Source: Novosphingobium sp.
GTDB lineage: Bacteria > Pseudomonadota > Alphaproteobacteria > Sphingomonadales > Sphingomonadaceae
DNA: 64,000 bases
Direction: 5' to 3'
NCBI GenBank assembly: GCA_020848655.1
Contig: JADLHU010000115.1
Coordinates: forward strand, 11,899 to 75,898
The notes below the pieces were generated by a model, which saw nothing but the letters and a program-made list of their open reading frames with translations, did not search any database and was not told the origin of the DNA. Shown in pieces: positions 18,203 to 27,552 of this stretch. Position 1 is the first letter of the stretch; every line of letters begins with the position of its first letter. The position numbers and the translations under genes are program-made.

Positions 18203-19410
18203 GCGCGTGCGATCAGGTTGCGGCGCAGGCTTCGGCCGGTGTCGCCCCCGCGCTCAGGGCGGTGGACTGCCTGGCCGGGGAAACCACGGCGGCGGCGTTC
18301 GGCCGATTGTTCGGCAGCGGCGGGGCGCTGCTGCCCGCGCTGACCATCATTCTCACGCTCTATATCGCCTTCTTCGCGATCTCGCTGCTTACCGGGCGCA
18401 GCCGGCTGGGCATTTCGGCGCTGACCCCGCGCATGCTGACGCTGGGCATGGTGCTGACCTTTGCGACAAGCTGGGTCGCCTATCAGGGCGTCGTCTGGAA
18501 CCTGACCGTGGGCGCGCCCGATCAGATCGCGGGCGTGCTGATGGGCGCGAGCGGGTCTGCCACGCAGCTTTTCGCCGATCGCATCGACATGGTCTTCGCC
18601 GCCATCGCCGACGCCGCAAATGCCGGCAAGGAAACCGCGCAGGCCGCCGCGCAAGGGGCGGAAGGCGCGAAGGCCGCCGTCGCATCGGGCAGCTTCACCC
18701 CCGGCAACCTGATGTGGCTGGGCGCATTGCTGCTGCTGCTGGGCACCGTGGGCGTATTGGTGACGGCGCGCATCGCGCTGGCCGTTCTGCTGGCGCTGGG
18801 TCCGGTGTTCCTGGTTTTCGCGCTGTTTCCGGGCACCCGCGGGCTGTGCGCCGGCTGGCTGCGCGGACTGGTGCTGACCGCGATCACGCCGCTGTTCGTG
18901 GTGGTGGGCGGCGGCATCGTGCTGGAACTGCTGGTTCCCGTGGTCGGCGCGCTGCAGGGGCCGGAAGGTGTCAACGGCCGCGCCGCGCTGGCATTGTTCC
19001 TGCTCGCCTCGGTCCACGTCGCGCTGATGGCCATGGTCATGCGCGTGGCCGGCACCATCGTGGCGGGCTGGCAGGTGTTCGGCCTGGCCGCAGAGGGCAG
19101 GGATCGCGCCGATCCGGCCAGCGCGCCGGCCCCGGCGCTGGGCGGGGCGGCCTATGCCGCCGGCCAGCCGTTTGCCGCATCGGCTGCCAGCCGCACCGCG
19201 GTGGTGATGCAGGGGGCCGATGGCGCCGCTGCCGCCGCCGGATCGTCCGCGCCCGCGCCTGCCTCCACGCGCGGCGGGCGCACCATCGTTCACCAGACAT
19301 CGGGGGCAACCGCGCCTCCGCTTCCACCGCTTGTCCGCCAGCGCGCGCGCGGTATCGGCAGCCGTTTTGCCGCACCGCAGCCGGGCCGGACAAGGGAGAT
19401 TATCCGATGA
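18199..19410 (+). CDS. virB6: VirB6/TrbL inner-membrane component with low-complexity C-terminal tail
   Basis: Polytopic, 'ALAVLLALGPVF..LF..TR..GW'; ATGA coupling with virB4 and virB9. Confidence 0.85.
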   Translation: MSACDQVAAQASAGVAPALRAVDCLAGETTAAAFGRLFGSGGALLPALTIILTLYIAFFAISLLTGRSRLGISALTPRMLTLGMVLTFATSWVAYQGVVWNLTVGAPDQIAGVLMGASGSATQLFADRIDMVFAAIADAANAGKETAQAAAQGAEGAKAAVASGSFTPGNLMWLGALLLLLGTVGVLVTARIALAVLLALGPVFLVFALFPGTRGLCAGWLRGLVLTAITPLFVVVGGGIVLELLVPVVGALQGPEGVNGRAALALFLLASVHVALMAMVMRVAGTIVAGWQVFGLAAEGRDRADPASAPAPALGGAAYAAGQPFAASAASRTAVVMQGADGAAAAAGSSAPAPASTRGGRTIVHQTSGATAPPLPPLVRQRARGIGSRFAAPQPGRTREIIR

Positions 19411-20213
19411 TCCGCAAGCTGTTGTTCGCCGCCACGCTGCGGGCCTCCACTGCTCATGCCGCGCCGCCACACGATCCGCGCCTGGCATCGCGCCTCTATC
19501 GTCCCGACGAAGTGGTGCGCGTCGATGGCCGGATGGGGGTGCAGGCCTCAATCGTCTTTGCGGATGACGAGCATATCGAGAACGTGGCCGTGGGCGATTC
19601 CGAAAGCTGGCAGATCACGCCCAACAAGCGCGCCAACCTGCTGTTCGTGAAGCCGCTGACCGCCAGCGCCCGCACCAACATGACGGTGGTGACCGACCAG
19701 CACACCTATTTCTTCGACCTGATCGCCGCGCCCGGCGCCACACCGGTCTATGCGCTGCGCTTTACTTATCCCGAAGCGCCCAGGCCCGCCGCCGCGCCGC
19801 AGCAGGCGGGGGCGGCACTGACCGACGCCGAACGTGGCGCGCTGGACGGGCAGCGCCCGGTCGATCCCGCCGCGCTCAACTTCGCATGGCGGCGGCAGGG
19901 TTCGGACAAGCTGCTGCCCGCGCGCATCTATGATGACGGGCAGGCGACGTACGTGATCTGGGCGGCCGGCGCGCCGATCCCGGCGATCCTCGTGCGCAAT
20001 GAAAAGGGCGATGAAGGCCCGGTTAATTTCGCGGTGCGCGGCGATACCATCGTGATCGACGACGTGCCCGGCCTGATCGTGCTGCGGTCTGGCAAGGCCA
20101 GCGCCACGCTGGTCAACCAGCGCCCGGTTTCCACGCGGGCAACGCCGCCCGCCAGTGCAACGGTGGCCGCCGCCGCCCAGCCTCCGGTTCCCTCCAGCGT
20201 GCAGAGCCAGTGA
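19407..20213 (+). CDS. virB9: VirB9/TrbG core-complex protein
   Basis: 'Y.PDEVV', 'E.I..VA.GD...W', 'LFVKP', 'TN.TV.T', 'IYDDG..TY'. Confidence 0.92.
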   Translation: MIRKLLFAATLRASTAHAAPPHDPRLASRLYRPDEVVRVDGRMGVQASIVFADDEHIENVAVGDSESWQITPNKRANLLFVKPLTASARTNMTVVTDQHTYFFDLIAAPGATPVYALRFTYPEAPRPAAAPQQAGAALTDAERGALDGQRPVDPAALNFAWRRQGSDKLLPARIYDDGQATYVIWAAGAPIPAILVRNEKGDEGPVNFAVRGDTIVIDDVPGLIVLRSGKASATLVNQRPVSTRATPPASATVAAAAQPPVPSSVQSQ

Positions 20214-21310
20214 CCATGCGCAACACCCGCAACCTTGCCGAACGCCTCGATCCGGCGAACGACCGCGACCCGCGCGAGGGTGCCGGCGCGGAAGTGATCG
20301 ACCTGGCCACGCGCACAGTGCTGCCCGCTGTCGCCCAGCGCAAGCCGCGCTCGGACGGGGCGGCGCTGGCCGGCGGCATCGCCGTGGTCGCGCTGCTTGG
20401 CGCGGCCACGTTCTGGAGCCTCAACGCCAGCCGCAGCGAACAGAGCGGGCCGGCGCAGAACCAGCCCGAGCAGGCCCCCGCCGTGCCGCCACAGGCGATC
20501 ACCGTGCCGCAGCCGGCCGCGCCTGCCGCTGCGCCGGGCCCGCAAGCCGCGCCCGCGCCGCAGCCGGTGCTGGCCGCGCCGCCGCAGACCGCGATCGCCA
20601 CCGCGCCGCGCGCCAATCCGGCATCGTCGCCCACCGTGGTGTTCGATGCCAGCGCGCTGCCCGTGCCGCTTGCGCCCGGCGTTCCGGTCACGCCCGGCGG
20701 CAATGGCAACGATGATTTCGCCGCCCGCATCGGCGGTGTCGGCGGCGCCAAGGCGGTGGCCACGGCAAACATCGATCCCAAGACCACGGTCACGCAGGGC
20801 ACGCTGATCCCGGCGGTGCTGGAAACCGCGATCGATACCGACGTGCCCGGCTATGTCCGCGCCGTGGTCAGCACCGATGTGCGCTCGTTCGATGGCAGCC
20901 GCGTGCTGGTGCCGCGCTCCTCGCGGCTGATCGGCCAGTACAAGAGCGGGCTTCAGGCGGGGCAGAAGCGCGCCTATGTGATCTGGACGCGGCTGATCCG
21001 CCCCGACGGCGTTTCGGTGGACATCGGATCGCCCGCCGTCGGCTTTTCGGGTGAGACGGGGCTGGCCGGCAAAGTCGAATCGCATTTCTTCGAACGCTTC
21101 GGTTCGGCCATGCTGCTGTCGGTGATCGGCGGCCTGTCCGCGATCGGTGGCAATGCGGGCGTGATCGTGGCGGGCAGCGGCCAGTCTGCGGCGGCGGCGG
21201 CCGTGGGGCAAAGCGGCCAGATCAGCCCCACCGTGCGCGTCCGCCAGGGTGAGCCGATCCGCGTGTTCACCGCGCGCGATCTCGATTTTTCGCGCGTCGC
21301 CCGCCAGTGA
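20210..21310 (+). CDS. virB10: VirB10/TrbI core-complex protein
   Basis: TM, Pro-rich linker, 'GT.IPAVLETAI.TD.PG', 'W.RLIRPDG', 'HFFERFGSA', 'RDLDF'. Confidence 0.94.
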   Translation: MTMRNTRNLAERLDPANDRDPREGAGAEVIDLATRTVLPAVAQRKPRSDGAALAGGIAVVALLGAATFWSLNASRSEQSGPAQNQPEQAPAVPPQAITVPQPAAPAAAPGPQAAPAPQPVLAAPPQTAIATAPRANPASSPTVVFDASALPVPLAPGVPVTPGGNGNDDFAARIGGVGGAKAVATANIDPKTTVTQGTLIPAVLETAIDTDVPGYVRAVVSTDVRSFDGSRVLVPRSSRLIGQYKSGLQAGQKRAYVIWTRLIRPDGVSVDIGSPAVGFSGETGLAGKVESHFFERFGSAMLLSVIGGLSAIGGNAGVIVAGSGQSAAAAAVGQSGQISPTVRVRQGEPIRVFTARDLDFSRVARQ

Positions 21311-22320
21311 CGGCGGCCGTCCACGCGCTGCCGACCGAGGCGTTGCCGGTGGCCGCGCCGCGCAGCGTCTATCTCGATGCCTATCTCGCGCCGCTGCGGC
21401 CCTGGCTCGATCGCGAAAGCGTGACCGAGATCCTGGTCAACCGCCCCGGCGAGATCTGGGTGGAAGACGCCGAGCATCCCGGCATGCAGTGCATCGCGCT
21501 GCCGGCGATCGACGCGCAACTGCTCCAGCGGCTGGCCGAACAGGTCGCGCGCATCAGCCACCAGGGCATCAATCGCGAACATCCGCTGCTGGCCGCGACG
21601 CTGCCGGCCGAAAACGGGCAGGGCGGCGCGCGTATCCAACTGGTCGGCCCGCCGGCCACGCGTGCCAACTGGGCGCTGGCGATCCGCCGCCACCGTCTGC
21701 TCGACCTGCCGCTCGACGCTTATGATCGCGGGCCGATCGTGGCGGCGGCGCAAGCGCCGATGCCCGATGCCGAGGCCGAGCCGATCGCCTACTTGCGCGA
21801 GGCGATCCGGCGGCGGCGCACCATCCTGATTTCGGGCGGCACGTCCACCGGCAAGACCACGTTCCTCAACGCCATGCTGCACGAAATCCCGCGCCACGAA
21901 CGCGTCGTGCTGGTCGAAGACACCGCCGAACTGCGCCTGCCGGGCGCCAACGGCGTGGGCCTGATCGCGGTGAAGGGCGAACTGGGCGAGGCCAAGGTTT
22001 CCGCCAACGAACTGCTGCAGGCGGCGCTGCGGCTGCGGCCCGACCGGATCGTGCTGGGCGAATTGCGCGGCAGCGAGACGGTGAGCTTCCTGCGCGCCAT
22101 CAACACCGGCCACCCCGGCTCGTTCTCCACCGTCCACGCCAACACCCCGCGCGGCGCGCTCGAACAGATCGCGCTGATGGCGATGCAGACCGGCATTGGC
22201 CTCACTCGCGCCGAAACGCTGGAATATGCGGCCTCGGTGATCGATGTCGTGGTCCAGCTCGATCGCATCGACGGCAAGCGCGGCATTGCCGCCATCGCGC
22301 AGTCCGCCGCGCTGGTCTGA
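21307..22320 (+). CDS. virB11: VirB11 ATPase
   Basis: 'EILVNRPGE', Walker A GGTSTGKTT, 'ED..EL', 'LRLRPDRI.LGELRG', 'NTGHPGS.ST.HAN'. Confidence 0.95.
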   Translation: MTAAVHALPTEALPVAAPRSVYLDAYLAPLRPWLDRESVTEILVNRPGEIWVEDAEHPGMQCIALPAIDAQLLQRLAEQVARISHQGINREHPLLAATLPAENGQGGARIQLVGPPATRANWALAIRRHRLLDLPLDAYDRGPIVAAAQAPMPDAEAEPIAYLREAIRRRRTILISGGTSTGKTTFLNAMLHEIPRHERVVLVEDTAELRLPGANGVGLIAVKGELGEAKVSANELLQAALRLRPDRIVLGELRGSETVSFLRAINTGHPGSFSTVHANTPRGALEQIALMAMQTGIGLTRAETLEYAASVIDVVVQLDRIDGKRGIAAIAQSAALV

Positions 22321-22321
22321 C

Positions 22322-23821
22322 CTAACTGAGATCCGCGCCGGCCGGCAGCAGGCGGGCTTCGGGTTGCAGCCCCAGCCATTCGGCCAACTGGCGCAAGTCC
22401 TTTTCGATGCCTTCGCTGTAGAGCGGGTGCAGCGGATCGCGCACGGCCAGCACCAGCTTGCCGTCCTCGCGCAGCAGCGCGCTGTTCGATAGCGATTGCG
22501 CGGCGCAGCCGCTGAACTTGCGGCACAGGCGCGCGGCAAGGCCCCAGGTTACCGCTTCGCGCAAGTCCTCGGCCGGGGCCAGCCGCGCCAGGCCTTCGGG
22601 AATGGTCGTGCGCCCGGTATTGGCCAGCGCGGCCATGGCCAGCAGGCCGCGCCCGGCATCGTCGATGCCGATCCAGCGCTTGCGCAGCGCCCAGCCGGCG
22701 GATTCCTCGGCGCGCAAGTTGGGTTCGATGCGCATCGCGGCCAGCGACATCATCGTCGCGCCCAGCCGCAGCGGTTCGCGTCCCGGCCCATCGCCGGCGC
22801 TGGCGGCGGCAGTCCACCCGGCCACCATGGTGCCGATCGAAGCGGGCGCGCCCATGGCCTCGGCAAAGGCGGCGATGCCGGCAACGATCGGGCTTTGCGC
22901 CTGCGTGGCGGGATCGAGCCGGCCATAAAGCAGCCCTTCGCGCAGCCCCCAGGCGGAGAACACCAGCGAGGACGGCGCGATTTCACGCAGCAGCACCGCC
23001 AGCAGCGCGGCGGCATCGGGCAGGGTGGCCAGCCGCGATCCCGCCAGGCGCGGCATCCGCTCCAGCGGCTTGCCCTTGGCCAGGCGCTGGCACAAGTTCA
23101 GCGCCACGTCGGGGGCCAGTTCGAAGCCGTGGGGATCGTCCAGCGGCCAGTTCATTTCGAACATCGCCACCCGCGCCAGCGCGCGCCACGATCCGCCCAC
23201 CAGGTAGAGCGGCAAATCCCGGCCATCCTGCCAGTTCGCCTCGCGCAATGTGCCGCGCACGGCGGCGGCAAAGCTGGTCGGACCGTGGCTGCGCATCGCG
23301 GCCAGGCGCAGTGTGCCGAAGGGCGTGGTGATGCCGTGTTCGCAGCGATCGCCATCGCAGACGATCAGTTCCAGGCTGCCGCCGCCCAGATCGGCGACCA
23401 CGCCGCGCGCGCCCGGAAAGGCGGCGATCACGCCCATGGCGCTGGTGATCGCCTCTTCCTCGCCCGAAAGCAGGCGCGGCCTGAGGCCCAGCGCGGCGAC
23501 GGCTTCGAGGAATTTCGGCCCGTTGGTGGCATCGCGCACGGCGGCGGTGGCCACCGTTTCCACGTCGGTCACACCCATGACGCGCAGCAGCGTGGCGAAG
23601 CGGGCGAGCGCCGCCAGCGCGGCTTTCATCGCCTTGCCCGAAAGGCGGCCGGTTTCGCCAAGGCCCCGGCCCAGCCGGGCGGTGACTTTCTCGTTCAGCA
23701 GCACCGTGGGCGAGCGCGGCGGGCCGCCATAGACGACGAGCCGGACGGTGTTCGACCCGATGTCGATGATGGCAAGCTGTTCGCGCATGGCGGCGCTGTT
23801 TAGGAGCTTGCGAAGGAACAT
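22322..23821 (-). CDS. ppx: Ppx/GppA exopolyphosphatase
   Basis: 'IDIGSNTVRL', 'ATAAVRDA.NG', 'SGEEEA', 'DLGGGS.E', 'GLREG'; alternative start 23788. Confidence 0.92.
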   Translation of the reverse strand: MFLRKLLNSAAMREQLAIIDIGSNTVRLVVYGGPPRSPTVLLNEKVTARLGRGLGETGRLSGKAMKAALAALARFATLLRVMGVTDVETVATAAVRDATNGPKFLEAVAALGLRPRLLSGEEEAITSAMGVIAAFPGARGVVADLGGGSLELIVCDGDRCEHGITTPFGTLRLAAMRSHGPTSFAAAVRGTLREANWQDGRDLPLYLVGGSWRALARVAMFEMNWPLDDPHGFELAPDVALNLCQRLAKGKPLERMPRLAGSRLATLPDAAALLAVLLREIAPSSLVFSAWGLREGLLYGRLDPATQAQSPIVAGIAAFAEAMGAPASIGTMVAGWTAAASAGDGPGREPLRLGATMMSLAAMRIEPNLRAEESAGWALRKRWIGIDDAGRGLLAMAALANTGRTTIPEGLARLAPAEDLREAVTWGLAARLCRKFSGCAAQSLSNSALLREDGKLVLAVRDPLHPLYSEGIEKDLRQLAEWLGLQPEARLLPAGADLS

Positions 23822-23834
23822 GGCAAATCGTCGG

Positions 23835-26000
23835 TCAGACGTTTCCACGGCGAAGCGACAGCTTGGGCACCTTGCGCCCACTGGTCAGCGCCGCGCCGCG
23901 GCCGGAAAGCGATGGATTGGTCATGAAATAGCGGTGGAGGTTGAACGGTTCGTCGCCCGGCTCCATCCGTTCCCATTCGCCGTCCGGGCCGAGCAGCCAG
24001 CTCTGTTCGGTATCGAGCAGGTTGGCGAGCATGACCTGGCTGAGGACCTGATCGTGGACGGTGCGGTTGCGGATCGGCACCAGCAGTTCGACGCGCCGAT
24101 CGAGATTGCGGCTCATCCCGTCGGCCGAGGAGATATAGACCCGCGCGCGGCGATTGGGCAGGTCGGCGCCGTTGGCGAAGGCCCAGATGCGGCTGTGTTC
24201 CAGAAAGCGGCCGATCACCGACTTGACGCTGATGTGTTCGGACAGGCCGTCCACGCCGGGGCGCAGGCAGCAGATGCCGCGGATCACCAGCGTGATGCTG
24301 ACCCCGGCCTGGCTGGCGGCATAGAGCCGGTCGATCAGGTCGGGATCGGTCAGCGAATTCATCTTGGCCCAGATCATCGCCGGCTTGCCCGCCTGGGCAT
24401 GGGCGATTTCGCGGTCGATGCAATCGTACAGCCGGTCACGCAGGCCGATGGGGGAAATCGCCAGCAGTTCGGTGCGCTTGGGTTCGACATAGCCGGTGAT
24501 GAAGTTGAACAGGCGCCCGGCATCGCGCCCCATGCGCGGATCGGCGGTGAAGAAGCTGAGGTCGGTATAGATGCGCGCGGTGACCGGGTGATAGTTGCCG
24601 GTGCCGAAATGGCAGTACGTGCGATAGCCATCGCCTTCGCGCCGCACCACCATCGAAACCTTGGCGTGGGTTTTCCAGTCGACGAAGCCGTAGATCACCT
24701 GCACCCCGGCGCGTTCCAACTGCGACGCCCAGAGCAGGTTCTGCTCCTCGTCGAAGCGGGCCTTCAGTTCGACCACGGCGGTGACCGACTTGCCGGCCTC
24801 TGCCGCCGCGATCAACTGGGCGATCACCGGCGACTGGTGCCCGGCGCGGTACAGCGTCTGCTTGATCGCCACGACATCGGGATCGGACACGGCCTGGCGC
24901 AGGAAATCGACCACCACTTCGAAACTTTCGTAAGGGTGGTGGATGACGATGTCCTTTTCCCGGATCGCGGCGAAGCAATCGCCGTCGTGTTCCAGGATGC
25001 GTTCGGGATAGCGCGGGCTATAGGGTTCGAACTTCAGGTCGGGGCGGTTTTCCTCGACGATGGCGGCCAGCCCGCTGATGCCGATCAGGCCTTCGGTCTT
25101 GATGACGATGGCATGGTCAAGCCCCAGCTTGTTGCGCAGCAGCGCTTCGGCCGCCGGATCGAATTCGCCCTGGAGCTGGAGCAGGATCACCTGGCCGCGC
25201 CGCCGCCGCTGGATCGCGGTGCGATAGTAGCGGACCAGATCCTCGGCATCCTCCTCGATCTCGATGTCGCTGTCGCGCAGCACGCGGAACACGCCGTGGC
25301 CCAGCACGCGAAAGCCGGGGAACAGCACTTCGGCATTGCGGCGCAGCAGTTCCTCGACGCTGATATACGTCACCTGCTCGCCCGCCGCGCCGCTGCCGGG
25401 CAGGCGGATGAAGCGCGGCAGCGCCTGCGGGATCAGCACCATTTCCATCAGTTCGGCATTGTCGGCGCTGCGCGCCAGCGAGAACAGGATGGCGATGCCC
25501 TGGTTGGCGGTGAACGGGAACGGGTGCGCCGGATCGATCGCCTGCGGGGTGATGACGGGCATCACGTGTTCGCGGAAATAGTCCTTCAGCCAGCGGGTTT
25601 GCGCGGCGTCCAGCCGTTCCTTGCCGGCGATGTGGATGCCCTTTTCGCCCAGCCGGCGCTTCAGGTCGCGGCGCGTTTCCTGCTGCGCCAGTTCCAGTTC
25701 GATCACGGCTTCGTGGATGGCGCCAAGCTGCTGCGACGGGGTGAGGCCGTCGGTGGAGATTTCCTCGATCCGGCGGCGCACCTGGCCCGCCAGCCCGGCG
25801 ACGCGGACCATCAGGAATTCATCGAGGTTGCTGCCCGAGATCGACAGGAAGCGCAGCCGTTCCAGCAGCGGATAAAGCGGATTGCGCGCTTCGGCGAGCA
25901 CGCGCTGGTTGAAGGCCAGCCAGCTCAGTTCGCGGTTGAAAAAGCGTTCTTCCGGTCCGGCGGGAAGCCCGATTTCGGTCTGCGCGTCGCCCCGGCTCAT
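23835..26000 (-). CDS. ppk1: Polyphosphate kinase 1
   Basis: 'NRELSWL.FN.RVL', 'HPYESF', 'ELKARFDE', 'KTHAK', 'GTGNY', 'RFLEHSR'; GGAG RBS before 26000. Confidence 0.97.
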   Translation of the reverse strand: MSRGDAQTEIGLPAGPEERFFNRELSWLAFNQRVLAEARNPLYPLLERLRFLSISGSNLDEFLMVRVAGLAGQVRRRIEEISTDGLTPSQQLGAIHEAVIELELAQQETRRDLKRRLGEKGIHIAGKERLDAAQTRWLKDYFREHVMPVITPQAIDPAHPFPFTANQGIAILFSLARSADNAELMEMVLIPQALPRFIRLPGSGAAGEQVTYISVEELLRRNAEVLFPGFRVLGHGVFRVLRDSDIEIEEDAEDLVRYYRTAIQRRRRGQVILLQLQGEFDPAAEALLRNKLGLDHAIVIKTEGLIGISGLAAIVEENRPDLKFEPYSPRYPERILEHDGDCFAAIREKDIVIHHPYESFEVVVDFLRQAVSDPDVVAIKQTLYRAGHQSPVIAQLIAAAEAGKSVTAVVELKARFDEEQNLLWASQLERAGVQVIYGFVDWKTHAKVSMVVRREGDGYRTYCHFGTGNYHPVTARIYTDLSFFTADPRMGRDAGRLFNFITGYVEPKRTELLAISPIGLRDRLYDCIDREIAHAQAGKPAMIWAKMNSLTDPDLIDRLYAASQAGVSITLVIRGICCLRPGVDGLSEHISVKSVIGRFLEHSRIWAFANGADLPNRRARVYISSADGMSRNLDRRVELLVPIRNRTVHDQVLSQVMLANLLDTEQSWLLGPDGEWERMEPGDEPFNLHRYFMTNPSLSGRGAALTSGRKVPKLSLRRGNV

Positions 26001-26049
26001 CTCGACTCCTGCATCATCCACCACATGGGGTTCCCGATCCGACGGAGAT

Positions 26050-26067
26050 GTTACAGTGGCATGACGA
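26050..26067 (-). promoter_or_regulatory. Pho box upstream of ppk1
   Basis: Minus strand TCGTCAT-GCCA-CTGTAAC. Confidence 0.6.
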
Positions 26068-26196
26068 ATGTGCGGTATTCCATGGTGCATTGTACTTACA
26101 TGGTGGCCGTGGTGGCGGCGCAGTTCAAGCGGTCTGCGAACTTGGTCATACATGCGGCGGCGGACGGATCGGCCCGGCCGCCGCCGCACGCCCGGT

Positions 26197-27549
26197 TCAG
26201 CGCGTGCCGGCGATGGCGGGAAGCGCGGGCTGTTCGGCATCGGGCAGGGGCACGCCCAGGATCGCGGCCAGCGTCGGCGCGATGGCGCGCATGTCGATCT
26301 CGCCCAGCGAACGGCCCTGCGGGATGCGCTTGCCCATCAGGAAGAAGCTGGAGCGCAAGTGCGGCACTTGCGGGAAATAGCCATGCGTGCCCTTGTATTT
26401 CGGCGTGTCGCGCAGCGGGGCGGCCGCGCCCGCGAAGCCCGCTGCCGCCGCATCGGGGGCCATGTTCACATAGAACGCCGCGTCGGGATTGCCGCCCATG
26501 CGCGCGATCCCGGCGCGGTCGGCCACTTCGGCGATGCCGTTGGCCGGATCGGCTTTCAGGCTGGCGAGCAGTTCGCCCACCCTGGCGGCCAGCGCCGCAT
26601 CGTCCTTGCGGGCAAGGACAATGGCGACCGAGCCGCCCGAAGGCCACGGCATCGCATCCCAGCCGGTGACCTTGCCGGCGGCGTCGAGCCGGATCAGCCC
26701 GGCGTCGATAAAGGCGCGGAAGAAGCTGGTCTCGCGCGTGATCGCTTCGAAGCCGTGGTCGCTGGCGACCGCGATGACCGCATCGGGATGGGCGGCGAGT
26801 TCGGCGGCGACGAGGCGGCCGACCACCGCGTCGATCCGTTCCAGCACGGCGTGGGCGCTGGCGGTATCGGGGCCTGCCATGTGCTGTTCGTGATCGAGCG
26901 CGGTGAGATAGGCAGTGACGAAATCGGGCTTGTGGCCGTCGATCAGCTTCACGGCAAAGCGCCCGCGATTCTCGTCGCCCTCGATGCTTTCGTCGATGCC
27001 TTGCGCGTAAGGCTCGCCCGCCGCCTGTTCCAGTTCGGCGACGAGACCCGGCGTCGCCAGCGCGGTCAGCAGCTTGGCGTCGTCGGCCTGGCCGGCGCGC
27101 CAGATCTGCGGCAGGTTCCACGTCACGCCCTTGGCGCCGACGCTGACCGGCCAGTGGACGTTGCCCACGCTCAGCCCCTTGGCGCTTGCGGCCGACCACA
27201 GCGTCGGCACGCGGATGTCGCTGGCGTACCAGTACCAGCCGCCATAGTTGGCCTGCAGCGGATCGAACGTGGTGTTGTTGACCACGCCGTGCCGGGCCGG
27301 GCTGGCGCCGGTCAGCAGCGTGGTGTGGCTGGGATAGGTCACCGTGGGCAGCACGCCGCGCACGCCGGTGGCAAAGGCCCCTTCGCGCAGGAAGCGGCGC
27401 AAGTTGGGCACTTTCAGGCCGCGCTGCTCCGCCTCGATCACGTCACCGGGGCGCAGCCCGTCGATGGAGATGAACAGCACCGGCTCGGCCATGGCGGGCG
27501 CCGCGGCGAGCAGGCTGGCAAGTGCCGGGAGGAGAAGCGCGGCCCGCAT
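26197..27549 (-). CDS. Secreted nucleotide pyrophosphatase/phosphodiesterase (alkaline phosphatase superfamily)
   Basis: Signal peptide, 'ISIDG', 'PTVTYPSHTT' (Thr nucleophile), 'D...H', 'SDHG', 'THGY'. Confidence 0.9.
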   Translation of the reverse strand: MRAALLLPALASLLAAAPAMAEPVLFISIDGLRPGDVIEAEQRGLKVPNLRRFLREGAFATGVRGVLPTVTYPSHTTLLTGASPARHGVVNNTTFDPLQANYGGWYWYASDIRVPTLWSAASAKGLSVGNVHWPVSVGAKGVTWNLPQIWRAGQADDAKLLTALATPGLVAELEQAAGEPYAQGIDESIEGDENRGRFAVKLIDGHKPDFVTAYLTALDHEQHMAGPDTASAHAVLERIDAVVGRLVAAELAAHPDAVIAVASDHGFEAITRETSFFRAFIDAGLIRLDAAGKVTGWDAMPWPSGGSVAIVLARKDDAALAARVGELLASLKADPANGIAEVADRAGIARMGGNPDAAFYVNMAPDAAAAGFAGAAAPLRDTPKYKGTHGYFPQVPHLRSSFFLMGKRIPQGRSLGEIDMRAIAPTLAAILGVPLPDAEQPALPAIAGTR

Positions 27550-27552
27550 GGC

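Noticed and set aside
18150-19406. Apparent long N-terminal extension of VirB9 (687-aa ORF), considered as a hidden VirB8
   Set aside because: Overlaps virB6 in another frame and is Arg/Gly-rich nonsense; the real start at 19407 has an RBS and ATGA coupling.
14493-22320. ICE or conjugative element
   Set aside because: No integrase, relaxase, coupling protein, recognisable oriT, flanking repeats or tRNA; composition looks like the flanking genes.
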